Source: Malacoraja senta (lineage: Eukaryota). From it: a stretch of DNA of 64,000 nt. This document shows positions 23,701 through 35,927 of the stretch, piece after piece. The stretch spans positions 496,001 to 560,000 of the forward strand of contig JAXLNO010000073.1 in assembly GCA_038087875.1 (NCBI GenBank), read 5' to 3'. Both the position numbers and the translations under genes were made by a program. Numbering within the stretch: position 1 is the first letter of the stretch; each line of letters opens with the position of its first letter. Under the pieces are notes generated by a model. It saw only the letters and a program-made list of their open reading frames with translations. It searched no databases and had not been told where the DNA came from.

Positions 23701-25697
23701 GTCACAGAGACACAGAGTGACAGTCACAGAGTCACAGAGTCACAGAGACACAGAGACACAGAGACACAGAGACACAGTCACAGAGTCATTGAGACACAGT
23801 CACCGAGGCACAGTCACGGAGTCACAGTCACAGTCATAGTCACAGTCGCAGGGTCACAAAGACACAAAGACACAGAGACAGAGACACAGAGACACAGTCG
23901 CAGAGTCATAGAGTCACAGTCACAGAGTCACAGATACACAGTCACATTCACAGAGTCACAGGCAAAGTCACAGTCACAGGGTCACCGAATCACAGGCACA
24001 GAGGCACAGTCGCAGTCATAGTAACAGTCACAGAGTCGCAGACTCACAGTCACGGAGACAGTCACAGTCACAGAGTCACAGTCACACAGTCACACAGTCA
24101 CACAGTCACACAGTCACAGAGTCACAGTCACAGAGTCACAGAGTAAACAGTGTCACAGCGTCACAGTCATAGAGTCACAGTCACAGTCACAGAGTCACAG
24201 AGTCACAGAGTCACAGAGACAATCACAGTCACAGAGTCACAGAGTCACAGTCACAGAGACAGTCACAGTCACAGAGTCACAGTCACACAGTCACACAGTC
24301 ACACAGTCACACAGTCACAGAGTCACAGTCACAGTCACAGTCACAGAGTCACAGTGTCACAGCGTCACAGCCATAGAGTCACAGTCACAGTCACAGAGTC
24401 ACAGAGTCACAGAAACATAGAGACACAGAGTCACTGAGTCACGGTCACAGTCATAGTCACAGAGTCACAGGGTCACAGAGACACAGTCATAGTCACAGAG
24501 TCACAGTCAAAGTCACAGTCACAGTCACAGTCATAGAGTCACAGTCATAGGGTCACAGAATCAGAGTCACAGTCACAGTCACGGAGACACGGTCACAGTC
24601 ACCTAGTCACAGTGTCACAGAGTCACAGAGTCACAGAGACACAGAGTCACTGAGTCACAGTCACAGCCATAGTCATAGCGTCACAGGGTCACTGAGACAC
24701 AGAGACACAGAGACACAGAGTCACAGAATCATAGTCACAGAGTCACACAGTCACAGAGACACAGTCACGGAGTCACAGAGACACTGTCATAGAGTCACAG
24801 TCACAGCATCACAGTCATAGAGCCACAGAGTCACAGAGTCACAGATACACAGTCACAGTCACAGAGTCAGTGTCACAGAGTCACAGAGTCACTGTCAGGC
24901 ACATTGTCACAGAGTCACCGTCACACAGTCACAGTTTCAGAGTCACAGGGTCAGAGTCACAGAGTAACAGAGTCACAGAATCACAGTCACAGTCACAGTC
25001 ATAGAATCATAGTCACATAGTCACAGTACACAGTCACAGAGTCACAGAGTCACAGTCACAGAGTCACAGAGACACAGTCACAGGGTCACAGTCACAGAGA
25101 CACGGTCACAGAGTCAGAGAGTCACAGAGACACAGAGTCACAGAGACACTGTCACAGAGTCACTGAGACACAGAGTCACTGAGTCACAGTCACAGTCATA
25201 GTCACAGAGTCACAGGGTCACAGAGACTCAAAGACACAGAGACACAGAGACACAGAGACACAGAGTCACAGTCATAGAGTCACAGAGTCACTGTCACAGA
25301 GACACAGTCACAGAATCACAGAGACACAGTCATAGAGTCACAGAGTCACAGTCACAGTCACAGAGTCACTGTCACAGTCATAGTCACAGTCACAGATTCC
25401 CAGTCACAGAGTCACAGAGACACTGTCACAGTCACAGTCACAGTCATAGAATCACAGTCACAGAGTCACAGAATCACAGAGACACAGTCACAGTCACAGA
25501 GTCACAGAGACACTGTCACAGTCACAGTCACAGTCATAGAATCACAGAGTCACAGAGTCACAGAATCACAGAGACACAGTCACAGTCACAGAGTCACAGT
25601 GTCTCAGAGTCACAGAGACAGTCACAGAGTCACAGTCACACAGTCACAGAGTCACAGAGTCACAGAGTCACAGTCACAGAGTCACAGAGTCACAGTG
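17797..25697. repeat. 7.9-kb compound satellite of CACAGT, CACAGAGT and CACAGAGA units
   Basis: Directly visible; short stretches also at 16798-16811 and 17320-17354. Confidence 0.97.
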
Positions 25698-27016
25698 TCA
25701 TATGAGGAAAGATTGAAAGACTAGGCTTGTATTCAGTGGAGTTTAGAAGGATGAGGGGGTATCAATCCCAGGGATCAATCTCGTGAACCTACGCTGCACT
25801 GCCTCAATCACAAGGATGTCCTTCCTCAAATTAGGAGACCAAAACTGTACACAATACTCCAGATGTGGTCTCAACAGAGCCCTATACAACTGCAGAAGAA
25901 CCTCTTTACTCCTATACTGAAATCCTCTTGTTATGAAGGCCAACATTCCATTAGCTTCCTTCTCTGCCTGCTGTACCTGTACGCCAACTTTCAGTGACCG
26001 GTGTACAAGGACGCCCAGGTCTCGCTGCACCCCCCCCCCCCCCTTACCTAACATAACCCCATTGAGATAATAATCTGCCTCCTTGTTTTTGCCGCCAAAG
26101 TGGATAACCTCACATGTGCCACGCATCTGCCCACACACCAGGTCACCCTGCAACTTCCGAACATCCTCTTCACAGTTCACACTCCCACCCAGCTTTGTGT
26201 CATCTGCAAACTTGCTAGTGTTGCTCCTAATTCCCTCTTCCAAATCATTAATATATATGGTAAACAGTTGCGGCCCCAACAACGAGCCTTGCGGCACTCC
26301 ACTCGCCACTGCCTACCATTCTGAAAAGGACCCGTTCACTCCAACTCTTTGCTTCCGGTCTGCCAACCAATTTTCTATCCATGTCAACACCCTACCCCCA
26401 ATACCATGTGCTCTAATTTTAGTCACCAGTCTCCCGTGCGGGACCTTATCAAAGGCTTTCTGAAAGTCTAAATACACTACATCCACTGGCACACCTTCAT
26501 CCATTTTACTTGTCACATCCTCAAACGATTCCAGAAGATTAGTAATGCATGATTTCCCTTTCACAAATCAATGTCGACTTGGACTAATCATTTTACTGCT
26601 ATCTAAATGCTCCATTATTACCTCTTTAATAATTGACTCCAGCATCTTTCCCACCACCGAAGTTAGGCTAACTGGTCTGTAATTCCCCGTTTTCTCTCTC
26701 GCCCCTTTCTTGAAAAGTGGGATAACATTAGCTAACCTCCAATCCACAGGAACTGATCCTGAATCTATTCAACATTGGAAAATGATCACCAATGCGCCCA
26801 CTATTTCTAGAGCCACCTCCCTGAGTGAGGACCCTGGAATGCAGACCATCAGGCCCAGGGGATTTATCATCCTTCAGTCCCATTAGCCTACCCAATACTA
26901 TTTCTCGCCTAATGAAAATTTCTTTCAGTTCCTCTACCCCCTTAGATCCTCTGTCCTCCAGTACATCAGGGAGATTGTTTGTGTCTTCCTCAGTGAAGAC
27001 AGATCAGAAGTACCTA
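25698..27016 (-). mobile_element. Tail-less CR1 RT fragment inside the satellite, last 66 bp inverted
   Basis: GVPQGS/FADD on minus strand 25764-27016; SYEERL..FRRMRG segment on plus strand 25698-25763. Confidence 0.88.
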
Positions 27017-27310
27017 AGAGACACAGAGTCACAGTCACAGAGACACAGAGTCACAGTCACAGAGTCACTGAGACACAGTCACAGAGACACAGAGTCACAG
27101 TCACAGAGGCACAGAGACACAGAGTCACAGTGTCACAGAGTCATAGAGACACAGAGTCACAGAGACAGAGTCACAGAGTCACAGAGACACAGAGACAGAG
27201 TCACAGTGTCACAGAGTCACAGAGACACAGAGTCAAAGAGTCACAGAGTCATTGTCGCAGAGTCACAGAGTCATTGTCACAGAGTCACAGATACATGGAG
27301 TTATAGAGTT
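27017..27310. repeat. Continuation of the CACAGAGT satellite, merging into a CR1 3' tail
   Basis: gagtcaca units grade into gagttatagagttatagagcatggagataggccc. Confidence 0.9.
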
Positions 27311-27897
27311 ATAGAGCATGGAGATAGGCCCTCCGGCCCATGTTGTCCACACCAATCAACATGTCCCATCTACACTAGTCCCACCTGCCTGCTTTTGGTC
27401 CATATCCCTCCAAACCTGTCCTATCCATATACCTGTCTAATTGTTTCTCGAACGTTGCAATCATCCCAGCCTCATCTGCCTCCTCTGGCAGCTTGTTCTA
27501 TACACCCACCATCCTCTGTGTGAAAAAGGTACCCCTCAGGTTCCTGATTGTGGCTGATCAGCCATGATCACAATGAATGGCGGTGCTGGCTCGAAGGGCC
27601 AAAATACCTATTGTCTATTGTCTATTGTCTATGAAATCTTTCTCCCTCACCTTAAACCGTTGTCCTCTCTTTCTTCATTCCCCTACTATGCGCATAAGAC
27701 ATTGTGGGTCTATCTGATTGTGTAAACCTCTATAATATCACCCCTCATCCTCCTACACTGAAGAATAGATTCCCAGCCTGCGCAACCTCACCCTATAGTC
27801 CGGGCCCTCGAGTCCTGGTACCATCCTGGTAAATCTTCTCTGTGCACTTTCCAGCTTGATAACATCTTTCCTATAAAATGGTGCCCAGATCCGAACA
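27310..27897 (-). mobile_element. Older CR1 3' end, continuing at 28770-28850, with a plus-strand CR1 tail piece at 27544-27632
   Basis: Similar to the 34217-34693 subfamily; nested piece ends in (TATTGTC)n. Confidence 0.75.
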
Positions 27898-28769
27898 CAA
27901 TAATAATAATAATAATAATCATTTTATTTACTGGCGCCTTTCTAAAACCCAAGGACACCTTACAATGCATAGAATCACAAAAAAAATACAAAACACATAA
28001 TCGGAATAAATTAAATATAAAAACACCACAGTACACAAATCAAGGACAGAATTCAATTTCAAGAGCACCAAAAGAAAATAAGAAACACAATTTGGGGAGG
28101 GAGCAGCGGCGACCAATTCGCGCCAGCGTCCCACTCTCCCCTCCGACCGCCATCTTGTACACGGACTGACAGGCACAGCACACAAAATCATCCCCCACAA
28201 TGACCACCACTGTGGGGGAAGGCACAATGTCCAGTCCCCAACCCAGTTCTCCCCAGAGTCAGGCCCATCGAGGCCACCACAGTTGCCTCTACGTAGGCCC
28301 CGTGTTCCTGGCAGTCGGGAGAGTCATCGGAGCGGCTGGAACGGCCGGTTTCCCGACGGAGTCGATGGCACCTGAAGCCGACAGGGCCGCGCTGATTTGG
28401 GGCCACGAGGCTCCCGATGTTGGAGTCGGCGCCGCCGACCGCAGCTGGTCGCTCCGCAGTCCGCCAGCCCGGAGGTGTTGGTGTCGGCGGTCAGCGCATA
28501 CCGGAGCTCCAGCGCGCCGATCCAGCGCGGCGACCCAGGCAAGGCATCGCCCGCTACGCTCTCCGAGAGCGCTCCAGCGCTGTTCCGCCACCGAAGCTGA
28601 AGGTGCTGGGCGGTCCCCGTCAGGAAACGGCGCTCCATGCCCGCTGGTAGGCCACGAGGACGGGTCGACGAGGCAGCCTGCAGAAAAAGCTGCCTCACCG
28701 ACCAGGTAGGGACCTAGAAATAGTTACCCCCTTACCCCCACACATTACAAGTCAAAACCCCCAAACAAA
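27898..28769 (-). mobile_element. Non-coding GC-rich retroposon, copy b, L2-like tail with (ATT)n
   Basis: Splits a CR1 with acaata on both sides; stem-loop core 28188-28237; tail gtaaggtgtccttggg..gaaaggcgcc..aataaa(att)n. Confidence 0.72.
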
Positions 28770-28779
28770 CAATACTCTG

Positions 28780-28833
28780 AATGTGGCCTCACCAACGTCT
28801 TATACAACTATAAGACGTTGGTGAGGCCACATT
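28780..28833. repeat. Perfect 25-bp inverted repeat with a 4-nt loop
   Basis: aatgtggcctcaccaacgtcttata-caac-tataagacgttggtgaggccacatt. Confidence 0.95.
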
Positions 28834-29170
28834 GACCTCCCAACCTATACTAAATTCTGTGACTGAAGCTTTGGGGGAAGTATGTTAGCAAGGATGTTGG
28901 GGAGATACTGTACATAGAGTCTTTTCCTCCAGAGTAGAAGATAGGTTTACTGTGAGAGGAGAAAGATTTAATAGGAACCTGAGGTGAATTTTTTTCACTC
29001 ATCAATTGGACTTCACTGAACTTTATCTTGCCCCAAACGTTATTCCCTTTATCCTGTATCTGTACACTGTGGACGGCTCATGTATTGTCTTTCCGCTGAC
29101 TGGATGGCGCGCAACAAAAAAGCTTTTCACCGTACCTCGGTACACGTGATAATAAACTCAATTAATCTTT

Positions 29171-29450
29171 GGGCGGCACAGTGGCGCAGCGATAGAGTTG
29201 CTTCCTTACAGCGCCAGAGACCCGGGTTCGATCCTGACTACGGGTGTTGTCTGTACGGAGTTTGCATGTTTTCCTGTGACCGCGTGGGTTTTCTCCGGGT
29301 GCTCCGGTTTCCTCCCACATCCTAAGATATACAGGTTTGTACGTTAATTGGCATCGGTAAAAATTCCCCGTACTACTCCGTGTATGAGGATCGCTGGTCG
29401 GAGTAAACTTGGTGAGTCAACGCGCCTGTTTCCGCATTGTAGTTGAGTTT
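29171..29450 (+). mobile_element. V-SINE (HE1-like), near complete
   Basis: A box tggcgcagcga, B box ggttcgatcc, V-domain, CR1-like tail. Confidence 0.85.
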
Positions 29451-29454
29451 AATT

Positions 29455-29559
29455 TAGAGAAACTGCACGGAAACAGACCCTTCGGCCCACCGAGTCCGAG
29501 CCCACCAGCGATCCCCAGACAGTAACACTGCCCTACACACACACTGGGGACAATTTACA
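29455..29559 (-). mobile_element. V-SINE 3' part; 5' part at 33607-33793, split by DIRS copy 2
   Basis: Joined flanks give gggacaatttacaattataccaagccaattaacctac. Confidence 0.82.
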
Positions 29560-32500
29560 ATTTTACTTCGGAGTCACGTGAGTGATTACGTGAAGAGCCC
29601 GTCCAGCACGCATGCGCGACATTAGCGTTCACGCAGTGCAACAGCGACGACCGGGAGTACAGGCGCTCCCGCTACACGTCAGTGGAAAATAAACAGCGGA
29701 CCATCAGGTAAGTCTTACTCTGAGGTCGTAATCAGCAAGCTGTGCTCTGCTCTGTATTCCAGGGGAACTGGGAAAAAATGAGCAGCACGGCAAAGGAGAA
29801 AACCGCCCCCCGTTCGACTCCAACAGATCGGGAGTGTTCCATCAGTGGGGGGCGAGAGGCGGCACCTGGACCGCATATGCTGCGGTCCACCCTCATCGCT
29901 CAGTACCGCTAGCGCAGCCTGATGAGCGGCAGCGGGCTGGAGGAAAAGTAAAAAATTAAAAAATTAAAAATTTAAAAAAAAACGTCCGGTTATGTCTGAC
30001 TCCGATGAGGAGGGTCCGCCTTAGAGCGGCAGAACTAGCCGCCTGAGCCGAATGGAAAGGCTCATGGAGCAACTGCTCCAGCGAGACTTGCTTCGGGAGC
30101 TGGAGCAGTCTCGCCAGGGGGATCAGGCACTCCCACATCAGTGCTCTACCATGCACTGGCCATCGCTTTCCCCTCAAAGCAGGGCAGCGTTGGCGACCAG
30201 GGCTGGGCTGGTCAGGAACAGGGGTCATTGGCTGAAGATGTCGGGAGTACGCTTGGGGTACAGGATCAGGAAGAGCTGCTGGGTGTGTAGATTCGCTACG
30301 TGGTTACACCACGAGCAGGGCGGCCGTTGCAGCCAAAATTGGCGGCCAGCATTAACCACCTGTCCCTCATACCCCTACAAGACAGGTACTTAATGAGGCA
30401 CTAGAGCTGGAAACCGTGGATGGGGTGGATATGACCACAAACCAGCAAGACACTCTGGCTCTGCTGTGCAACACCCAATATGGGATAAACAACCTCCGCA
30501 AGGAGAGAATAAGACCTGCCCTCAATCCCAGGTTTGCAGGACTGTGTAAAACACCGGCCTCAGAGCCGCAGATCCTGTTATTTGGAAGGACAAGTGAAAG
30601 ACCTGGAGGAAGAGTCCAAAGCATTTGGCCTCATGAGGGCAGGCCCCGGAACGAGCAGACCCACACAAAAAACTAGACGGCAGTACCCCACCGCGTCCAC
30701 CAGTCAAGGTCAAATTTATGGAACTGGTGAAAGCTCGGGGTTCGCATACTATCCCCGAAAGCCTTTTTAGGCCAGGGCCCAGAGCGGACCCCATGGAAAA
30801 TGCGCCACCCCCAATCAGCAGTACATCAGCAGTACATCCAGCAGTATAACGACGGATGAACAAACGGAAGAAAGGAACACTACCATAACTATGGAGGTAG
30901 GTGGGTCTGGTTCCTACCAGCATGTAAATGGGGGAACTGTACTAACAGGAGGTGTCTCACGAATGATAGTTATATACTTAACATTATTCGGGGATACAAA
31001 ATAGAGTTCATTCAAGAAAACATGCCACCAGTTCAGCACGTACCCCAAAGGGTCTTTACCCTCTCAGTCAAAGAGAACTAGAGGCTCAAGCAGAACTGGT
31101 GAGGTTACTTACAAAGGGTGTCATTGAGAAATCCAAACATGAACCTTTGGAATTTGTCTCAAATATATTTACCAAAAGCATGTATTAGCTACCAAACAAT
31201 TGTTTGAACCCTGGGTTTTGTCATACATCCAGATAAATCTAAGTTGACGCCATCCACAACTATGGACTATCTGGGATTCACAATTAACTCAATCCACATG
31301 TCTGTAATGTTGCCAAAAGGTAAAGCAGCAGAATTGGCACAGACGTGCAACAATTTAATGGTAAGCAATCGACCAACCATCCGACAAGTGGCAAGAGTAA
31401 TTGGCAAAATGGTAGCAGCATTTTCAGCTACACAATTTGGACTCCTGCACTATCAACACCTACAAAGGGCAAAAGTACAGGCGTTGAAACGACATGCAGG
31501 TCACTTTGACCGAACAATGAAACTACCCATTGAAGCAATATCAGAGTTAGAATGGTGGATATAACACATTTGGCATAGTTCCAGCCCTATCATCATCAAT
31601 AACCCAACGTTAACTATACAAACAGATGCCAGTGCTCAAGGCTGGGGAGCAACTAATACCATATCCAGCACAGGTGGTAGATGGACTAACCTAGACTCAT
31701 CTTTACTACAAACACTGGGCATAAATTATTTGGAAATGTTGGGTGCGTTTTATGGTTTTAAAGCATATTCTAGGAATATGCACAACTTGCATGTTCATTT
31801 ACAAATTGATAATATCACGGTGGTGGCCCATATTAACCATATGGGCGGAATAAAATCGATATCATGTGACAATCGGGTCAACACAATCTGGTAATGGTGG
31901 GTCGATAGACATATTTGGCTATCAGCAACTTACCTACCAGGTAAGCTAAATACAATGCCAGGTCGCGCAAATTCAATGATAAACACCGAATGGATGTTAA
32001 ATCCTAGAGCTTTTGCTCAAATTACAAACCAATATGGCACACCAGATATCGATCTCTTTGCATCCAGACTAAATCACCACGTACCAATGTATGTCCCTTG
32101 GGAACCACACCCTGAGGCAGCAGCGATAGATGCATTCGCGCTGAACTGGGGGACCTATTTCTTCTATGCTCCCCCCCCCCCTTCTGCCTTAATCTGTAGG
32201 GTACTACGCAAAATAGAGATGGACTCTGCTTCAGGTATTTTGATAGTACCAACTGCCTACACAGCCATGGTTCCCAGTGGTCCTCGACATGGCCATCGAA
32301 ACTCCTCTGATCTTTCCCAGTAGCCCAGACCTATTGACGCACCCTGTATCAGGCATAAGTCATCCATGCCATGACAAAATTAACCTACTGGGTTGCAGAT
32401 TATCAAAAGACCACTGCTGGGACTGGGGTGTCTGACAGGACCATCAACATGATGACACCGTATGTCCACCAGGAAACAATACCGATCGAGCATCAGGAAG

Positions 32501-33606
32501 TGGGAAAGATACTGCTCGACTACTGGGACAAGGTACTCATCTGCAACCATAACCAATGTACTGGAGTTCCTGGGGGCCTTCACCATAATGAAGGATTGAG
32601 CTACAGCGCCATCAATACTGCCAGACGTGCGCTGTCAGCCTACTTAAAACAGGTGCCAGGACAACAGGCCATAGGGGTCTCAACCGCTGGTGATCAAACT
32701 CATGAGGAGTATCGTCAACTCCAACCCTCTTAGACCTAGGTATACCCAAATCTGGGATGTCAGTGTGGTCCTGACATACCTAAGGGGATGGTCCCCAGCC
32801 AGGTCTCACCCTGGAAAAGATAACCCTGAAAACGGTCATGCTGATGCCACTAGTCTCAGCGCAAAGAGTCCAGTCCCTCCACTTACTGCGACTGGACAAC
32901 ATGGTTATAACACCAGACCGGGTCATTCACCATAAAGCAGAGCAAGCCAGGAACGTGAGTCCTAGTTATGGATTTCCGGGCATACCCACCTGACCTACGG
33001 TTGTGTGTCATGACTCACTTATTCACTTACATCAACACAACAAGAGATTCTCGAGGGAGAAGGGAAAAAGAAAAAAGAAACTTTAAAATCTGCAAAAATA
33101 TATAATTTAAGCCCGGGGGAGAATTTTGTCTTTTGTTATTGTTTAATAGATACCATTATTGTTTACAAACAGATTATGGTTGATTACGATAACATACTTC
33201 CTCCCTTGAATGACTTCGGCAGCGAGTGAAGTATGAACTGTTACACGGTTTGAAATCACAGAGCTTTAAAATCTTCACGTAGTCACTCACGTGACTCCGA
33301 AGTAAAATAGTAAGATTAAACGAGAACTTACCAGTTTGAAGTTTGATCTGTATTTTATGAGGAGTTACGATGAGGGATTACGTGCCCTCCGCTCCCACCC
33401 TCAATTATAGATCAACTGGTATCTTAGTTCTCCTTTTCTTTACTATGTTTATTTCAATTATTGTGTTTCCTGTGATTCCACACCGCTGCTTTGAAGAATG
33501 TCGCGCATGCGTGCTGGACGTGCTCTTCACGTAATCCCTCATCGTAACTCCTCATAAAATACAGATCAAACTTCAAACTGGTAAATTCTCGTTTAATCTT
33601 GCTATT
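29560..33606 (+). mobile_element. DIRS retrotransposon, copy 2 (RT core and YR C-terminus deleted)
   Basis: ITRs about 29584-29623 and 33498-33536, ICR 33272-33384, gag, QTDASAQGWG, PDIDLFASRLN, GLSYSAINTAR; ATT at both ends. Confidence 0.95.
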
Positions 33607-33793
33607 ATACCAAGCCAATTAACCTACAAACCTGTACGTCTTTGGAATGGGGGAGGATACCGGAGCACCCGGAGAAAACGCACACAGGTCACAGGGCTAA
33701 CGTACAAACTCCGTACAGACAGCACCCGTGGTCGGGATGGAACCCGGTTCTCTGGCGCTGTGAGGAAGCTGCTCTACCCGCTGCGCCACCGTC
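33607..33793 (-). mobile_element. V-SINE 5' part
   Basis: tRNA head and V-domain on minus strand. Confidence 0.82.
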
Positions 33794-34004
33794 CCACTCT
33801 TTAAAACCTAAACTAAACTAAACTAAACTAAATTTGGCTTGAGTGTATTGATGTCCAGTATTATTTGATCTTAATGGATAGCATGTAAAGCAAAGCTTTT
33901 CATTGTACCTCGGTGCACATGACCATAATAAACCTACACCTAAATGATGTGCGTTTCCCAGTGGAATCTGGCCCACGCCTGTGCAATGGGATGGGATGAG
34001 AGTG

Positions 34005-34165
34005 AATGTGCAGGAAGGAACTGCAGATGCTGGTTTGCAACGATGATAAACACAAAATGCCGGAGAAACTCAGTGGGACAGGCAGCATCTATGGAGAGAA
34101 GGAATGTGTGATGTTTCGGGTCGAGCCCCTTCTTCAGACTGACAGTCAAGGGAGAGGGGGACTTA
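34005..34165 (-). mobile_element. Solo Penelope-like pLTR
   Basis: Reverse complement of the sequence following the GIY-YIG remnants. Confidence 0.7.
34107..34140 (-). ncRNA. Minimal type I hammerhead ribozyme motif
   Basis: CUGAAGA-A-GGGgcucgaCCC-GAAA-ca-UC. Confidence 0.65.
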
Positions 34166-34216
34166 GAGATATGGTTGGGTTGGGTGTGAAAACACAGGTC
34201 AAAGGGGACCGTGATC

Positions 34217-34693
34217 ACCTGAGCTATAGGGAGAGGTTGACGGAACTACAGGGAGAGGTTGAGTTGGCTGGGACTCTATTCTTTGGAGTGCAGGAGGATG
34301 AGGGGTGATCTTATAGAGGTGTATAAAATAATGAGAGAAATAGATCGGGTAGATGCACAGAGTCTCTTGCCCAGAGTAGGGGAATTCAGGACCAGAGGAC
34401 AAAGGTTCAAGGTGAAGGGGAAAAGATTTACTAGGATTCTGAGGGGTACCTTTTTCACACAGAGAGTGGTGGGTGTATGGAACGAGCTGCCGGTGGAGGT
34501 AGTTGAGGCTGCGACTATCCCAAGGTTTAAAAAAACAATTAAACAGGTACATGGATAGGGCAGGTTTGGACGGATATGGACCAAATGAGGGCTGGTGGGA
34601 CTAGTGTAGCTGGGACATGTTGGCCGGTGTGGGCAAGTTGGTCCAAAGGGCCTGTTTCCACGCTGTATCTCTCTATGATTCTATGAATCTATG
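34217..34693 (+). mobile_element. CR1 3' end
   Basis: LGLYSLECRRMRGDL..RTRG..FFTQRVV; (CTATGATT)-type tail. Confidence 0.88.
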
Positions 34694-34764
34694 AAAATGT
34701 AGTATGGCTCACTGTTAGCTGAGGGCAATGTTGCAATAATGCATACAATTAGATAAATACAATA

Positions 34765-35395
34765 ACTTGCACCACCTCCAACCTCATCTACTGTATCTGT
34801 TATTCAAGGTGTGGACTCTTATACATCGGCGAGATCAAACGCAGACTCGGCGATCGTTTCACTGAACACCTTCGCCCAGTCCTCCTGGACCTACCTGATC
34901 TCCCGGTTGCCAAACACTTTAACTCCCCCTCCCATTCCCACACTGACCTTTCTATCCTGGGCCTCCTCCATTGTCAGAGTGAGGCCCAGCGCTAATTGGA
35001 GGAACAGTATCTCATATTTCGCTTGGGCAGCTTACTCCCCAGCGGTATGAACATTGACTTCTCTAACTTCAAGTAACCCCGGCATTCCCTCTCTCTCCAT
35101 CCCTCCCCCACCCAAGTCGCACCAGTTTCAACGTCGTCTAGTTGAGACTCATTGTCTGTAACTGGTTTTCACCCAACAAACAGCTAACAATGGCCTGTTT
35201 CCTTTATCACTGTTACTTTTTTGCATATCTTTCATTCATTTATTCTCCCTCTACGTCACCATCTTGTTCTATATCTCTCGCTTCCCTCTCCACTGACTAT
35301 CAGTCTGAAGAAAGGTCTCGACCAGAAACGTCACCAGTTCATTTTCTCTAGAGAGGCTGCCTGTGCCACTGAGTTACTCCAGCTTTTACTGTCTA
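34765..35395 (+). mobile_element. Penelope-like element 3' end: GIY-YIG endonuclease (34765-35076, one internal stop) plus pLTR
   Basis: TCTTSNLIYCICYSRCGLLYIGEIKRRLGDRFTEH...GMNIDFSNFK*, frame absent from the ORF track. Confidence 0.9.
35301..35335 (+). ncRNA. Minimal hammerhead ribozyme motif
   Basis: CUGAAGA-aaGGUcucgACCa-GAAA-cg-UC; base of stem II mismatched. Confidence 0.6.
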
Positions 35396-35927
35396 TAAGA
35401 GAGACTGTGTTTGATGTGACGTGGATAATGTATGCTCATATTCGCTAGGTATAGTAGAATTAGGCCATTCGGCCCATCGAGTCTACTCATCCATTCAATC
35501 GTGGCTGATCTCTGCCTCCTATACTCATTTTCCAGCCTTCTCCTCACAACCCGTGCCACCCATTCTAATCAAGATTTTGTCTATCACTGCCCGAAAAATA
35601 TCCACTGACTTGGCCTCCACAGCCCTCTGTGGCAATGAGATCCACCGATTAATAGACAATAGACAATAGGTGCAGGAGTAGAGCTTTCGGCCCTTCGAGC
35701 CAGCACCACCATTCAATGTGATCATGGCTGATCATCCCCAATCAGTACCCCGTTCCTGCCATCTCCCCATATCCCCTGACTCCACTATTTTTAAGAGCCC
35801 TATCTAGCTCTCTCTTTTAAGCATGCCTCCATCGCCGTCTGAAGCAGAACATTCCACAGACTCACCACTCTCAGTGAGAAAAAGTGTTTCCTCATCTCCG
35901 TTCTAAATGGCTTACTCCTTATTCTTA

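Noticed and set aside
17683..24437. Ser/His/Thr/Val/Gln-rich ORFs
   Set aside because: Products of the 6/8-mer satellite; no domain or splice support
17797..27310. Many CACAGTG heptamers as V(D)J recombination signals
   Set aside because: No ACAAAAACC nonamers seen at 12/23 spacing and no Ig or TCR segments
28188..28709. Overlapping GC-rich ORFs
   Set aside because: Stop-poor GC-rich repeat body with no recognisable motif
29171..29240. tRNA gene
   Set aside because: A and B boxes run into the V-domain, so it is a SINE head
29919..29950. CTGATGA...GAAA as a hammerhead in DIRS copy 2
   Set aside because: Stem II does not close onto GAAA and no stem I or III
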